A stretch of DNA of 35,426 bases. It comes from Perkinsus chesapeaki ATCC PRA-425. Its lineage: Eukaryota; Protista; Perkinsozoa. Every line of letters starts with the position of its first letter. Positions within the stretch are counted from its first letter, which is position 1. The notes under the pieces were generated by a model, which saw only the letters and a program-made list of their open reading frames with translations, searched no databases and was not told the DNA's origin. The position numbers were made by a program, and so were the translations under genes. Location of the stretch: the NCBI GenBank assembly GCA_013115145.1, contig JAAPAO010000370.1:1-35426 (forward strand), in the 5' to 3' direction. Positions 33,130-35,426 of this stretch are shown here, one piece after another.

Positions 33130-35426
33130 ATGGCCGATCAAGAGGGTTTGGCCGAAACCGAAGTAACATCATCGAGCGAGAAAGAGAGCGGAGTTATTCC
33201 GGTAGAACGAACACTTGATGAGAGATGTGCAAGTAAGCAGGAACTGAGATAACGGAAGATGACCCATTTCAAACGGAGAAGATCGTAGCGAATAGAATAT
33301 ATTATAATTAATATTATTATATTGTTGGTTACCAATTAACTTTTTCGAGTGATATTAAATATTCATCATTAAATGATGATAATTGCATCGGTAGACCCTA
33401 ATAATGTCTAATAACTCAATGGAGCCTTGCCGCCTAAAGTGGTCCTCAAGGATTAAAAATCAGAAAGAAATCCTCGAGGGAGTGAAAAGAACAGTCGTGA
33501 GGAAATGAAAAACGGTAGTCATCGAGTGGAGATGTGTTTTCAGACGTGACAATAAATGCGTCACTTTTGGGGGCATTCGGTGTTTCTCTACAACTCCCTT
33601 ATATAATTCATCCACTCTGTATAATTGTTAGATGCAATGTGTATGGTATCTGTAATTATTAAGGTTGAAAATTGTTAAATAGCACTGTCATACTAACTTA
33701 ATAAGGCTTAAACAATGGATACTATCAAGTATGAAAACGGACCAGATCGTGATCTGAGGGAGCGCGTGCTCTCTTAGGGTTTCAAACCCTATATTTTACA
33801 CCAAGTATGACTCCAAAATTTTGAGTTCAAATTGGAGTCGTACACGGTGTAACGCAACCGAAGTCGGTTGGTCTAATGTAAAAAGATAATGAATTAACGA
33901 TCAACAACCATTGGGGAGACGAGACAGCGTACGCGTCTCAATAGCGCTCGTCATTGCATACAATTTATATGTAAAGCGGTATGCTAGAGCTAAATGCAAA
34001 GGTCTTACTACTACAGATAATACTTGATAGTCGTAGTCGCTCGCTAGTCGTAAACCATGGAGGAGAGGGAGTATTGACTCATACGTATCATCTAAATTAT
34101 TATCCCTTTTTTCTATCAGTTTCTCTCTTCAATCATCTCCGTATATTAGCCTATGAGCTGGCTCTTAGTGTGTCATCCAACAATCAAGACATGGAGGAGG
34201 TTGCCACCAGTTTTATAAATGCGAACACTCAGGCGGCTCTTGCGAAGTGTCTCGTCAATTTCTGGTTCATTTGCGGCTCACAGTTCCACGAGTTCTGGGA
34301 TGAGGTGAGCTCCAAAGATGTCCAACAATTGTGATTTCAGTTTTGGAATATCCTTTACCCTCTTTCAATCTCATCTGGAATTTGAGATAGAAAGTACAAT
34401 CCACAATACTGGAACGCACAAAAATGGACGGAAATTTCGCTAAACTTTGGCGAAATTTTCTTCTCCTATCAACAATGTGTAGGCGCTCACGTGCGCCTAT
34501 TCATCCTGTTATTAGTTGATTTTCTCAGGCCCAGCAACGTTCCTGGCTGAACAGACTGTATGTTTTAATACTGGGGTCCGAGGAGGGGCTTGTCTCTCTT
34601 CATAGCGGCTTCGTTATACTGCGTGATTGCATCTTCACTCTACACTGGGCAACTGACCGGAAAGCAACTGGCTGGAGCGGCGAGCAGGACCAAAGTTGGC
34701 TTTGCCGGCTGTCGGATCTGGCAGCGCCGCTGGCAGCTCGATCGAAGAGTTTGAACCAAATAATGTCACATGAGAGGCTGTTTCCTGCGATCAGTTTAAG
34801 CGAGAACACTCCGGTAGGTATCCCTTGCAATCTGCAAGGAGAAGGTGAGCTGAAAGCTAGAATTTAGTATCTATGAACGCGGCTCCCACTCTTGTGAAGT
34901 TAGCGCTTACTGAAGACTTTCGCTGAGCCCGATTTGGTGCATAGTGTGGTTCCGAATGCCGTCAGTCATGTGCGTTCTTTTTTCCAAAGGAATGGCGTCT
35001 GTGCCTGAAGTAGGGGGAGCTTCAGATCTTAGTCTTAATTTAGGACTCTTAAAGCCTCTAAGTTAAAGGGCATAACGCTACACTACAAGTGTACATTTCT
35101 CAAAAAAAGCACTTCTCGAAATATTATCAAGGCAGTTTCCTCTGTCTGGGCCGGCAAGTGCTGTTGCTTTTTCAGTCATATGCCTTGAGTGGTGGTAAAA
35201 CTCCATATCGCAACGGATATCTCCCGGGACCGATGAGTAGTTGGAGGCTCACAAAGCCCCAAAAGATAGCTGCTGGGGTCGCCATCACTGTGCCAGGTGA
35301 GCTCTCGGCCCCCCGTTTCCGTACCCAGTGTTCCACTGTATCCTTGGTATCTGATGATAAGCGGATTGAGCTTGCGAATGTAGCGGCTGTGAAATCTCCA
35401 GAGATTAAGGGAGTACCGCACGCACA
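33130..35426 (+). CDS. 5' part of a multi-exon hypothetical gene running off the window
   Basis: Exons 33130-33232 (MADQEGLAETEV...), 34150-34304 (YELALSVSSNNQDMEEVATSFINANTQAALAKCLVNFWFICGSQFHEFWDE), 34529-34557, 34606-34813 and 35176-35296 have canonical splice sites and consistent phases. An extra small exon near 33460-33515 is possible. Confidence 0.7.

Noticed and set aside
33138-33335. Minus-strand ORFs at 33138-33335 and 35176-35421
   Set aside because: They are antisense shadows of plus-strand exons that have proper splice sites and consistent phases.

Overview
Eukaryotic, intron-rich protist DNA. The 40-60 nt introns, tight spacing and gene content suggest Perkinsus/Perkinsozoa, but this is an inference. 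Most ORF-track entries are fragments of spliced genes, which I rebuilt by hand from GT/AG boundaries and phase continuity. From left to right: tRNA-Gln(CTG); a minus-strand block of four genes (a multi-exon protein with dsRBD-like motifs and a mitochondrial-type N-terminus, a single-exon coiled-coil protein, a ZnF-like/UBA/UBA/PUB p97-adaptor-type gene, and SNF7/VPS32); an intronless DMT/SLC35-type transporter; a ~6 kb accessory region (17.1-23.1 kb) with decayed retroelement RT fragments, a secreted-protein ORF and its rearranged inverted copy; a putative MGxCC-acylated low-complexity protein; a small minus-strand gene; a 13-exon Asp-box/Kelch-like propeller gene with intronic minisatellites; and the 5' part of an unknown gene. 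The main discovery is at least 11 perfect copies of one 22-bp geometry, T[1-7]+revcomp(T)+T[2-8], each built on a different 8-mer T. One copy has its matching 8-bp empty site in a paralogous segment of this window. This geometry is what hAT-type excision would leave if both flank hairpins were opened and annealed through the whole inverted 8-bp target duplication.
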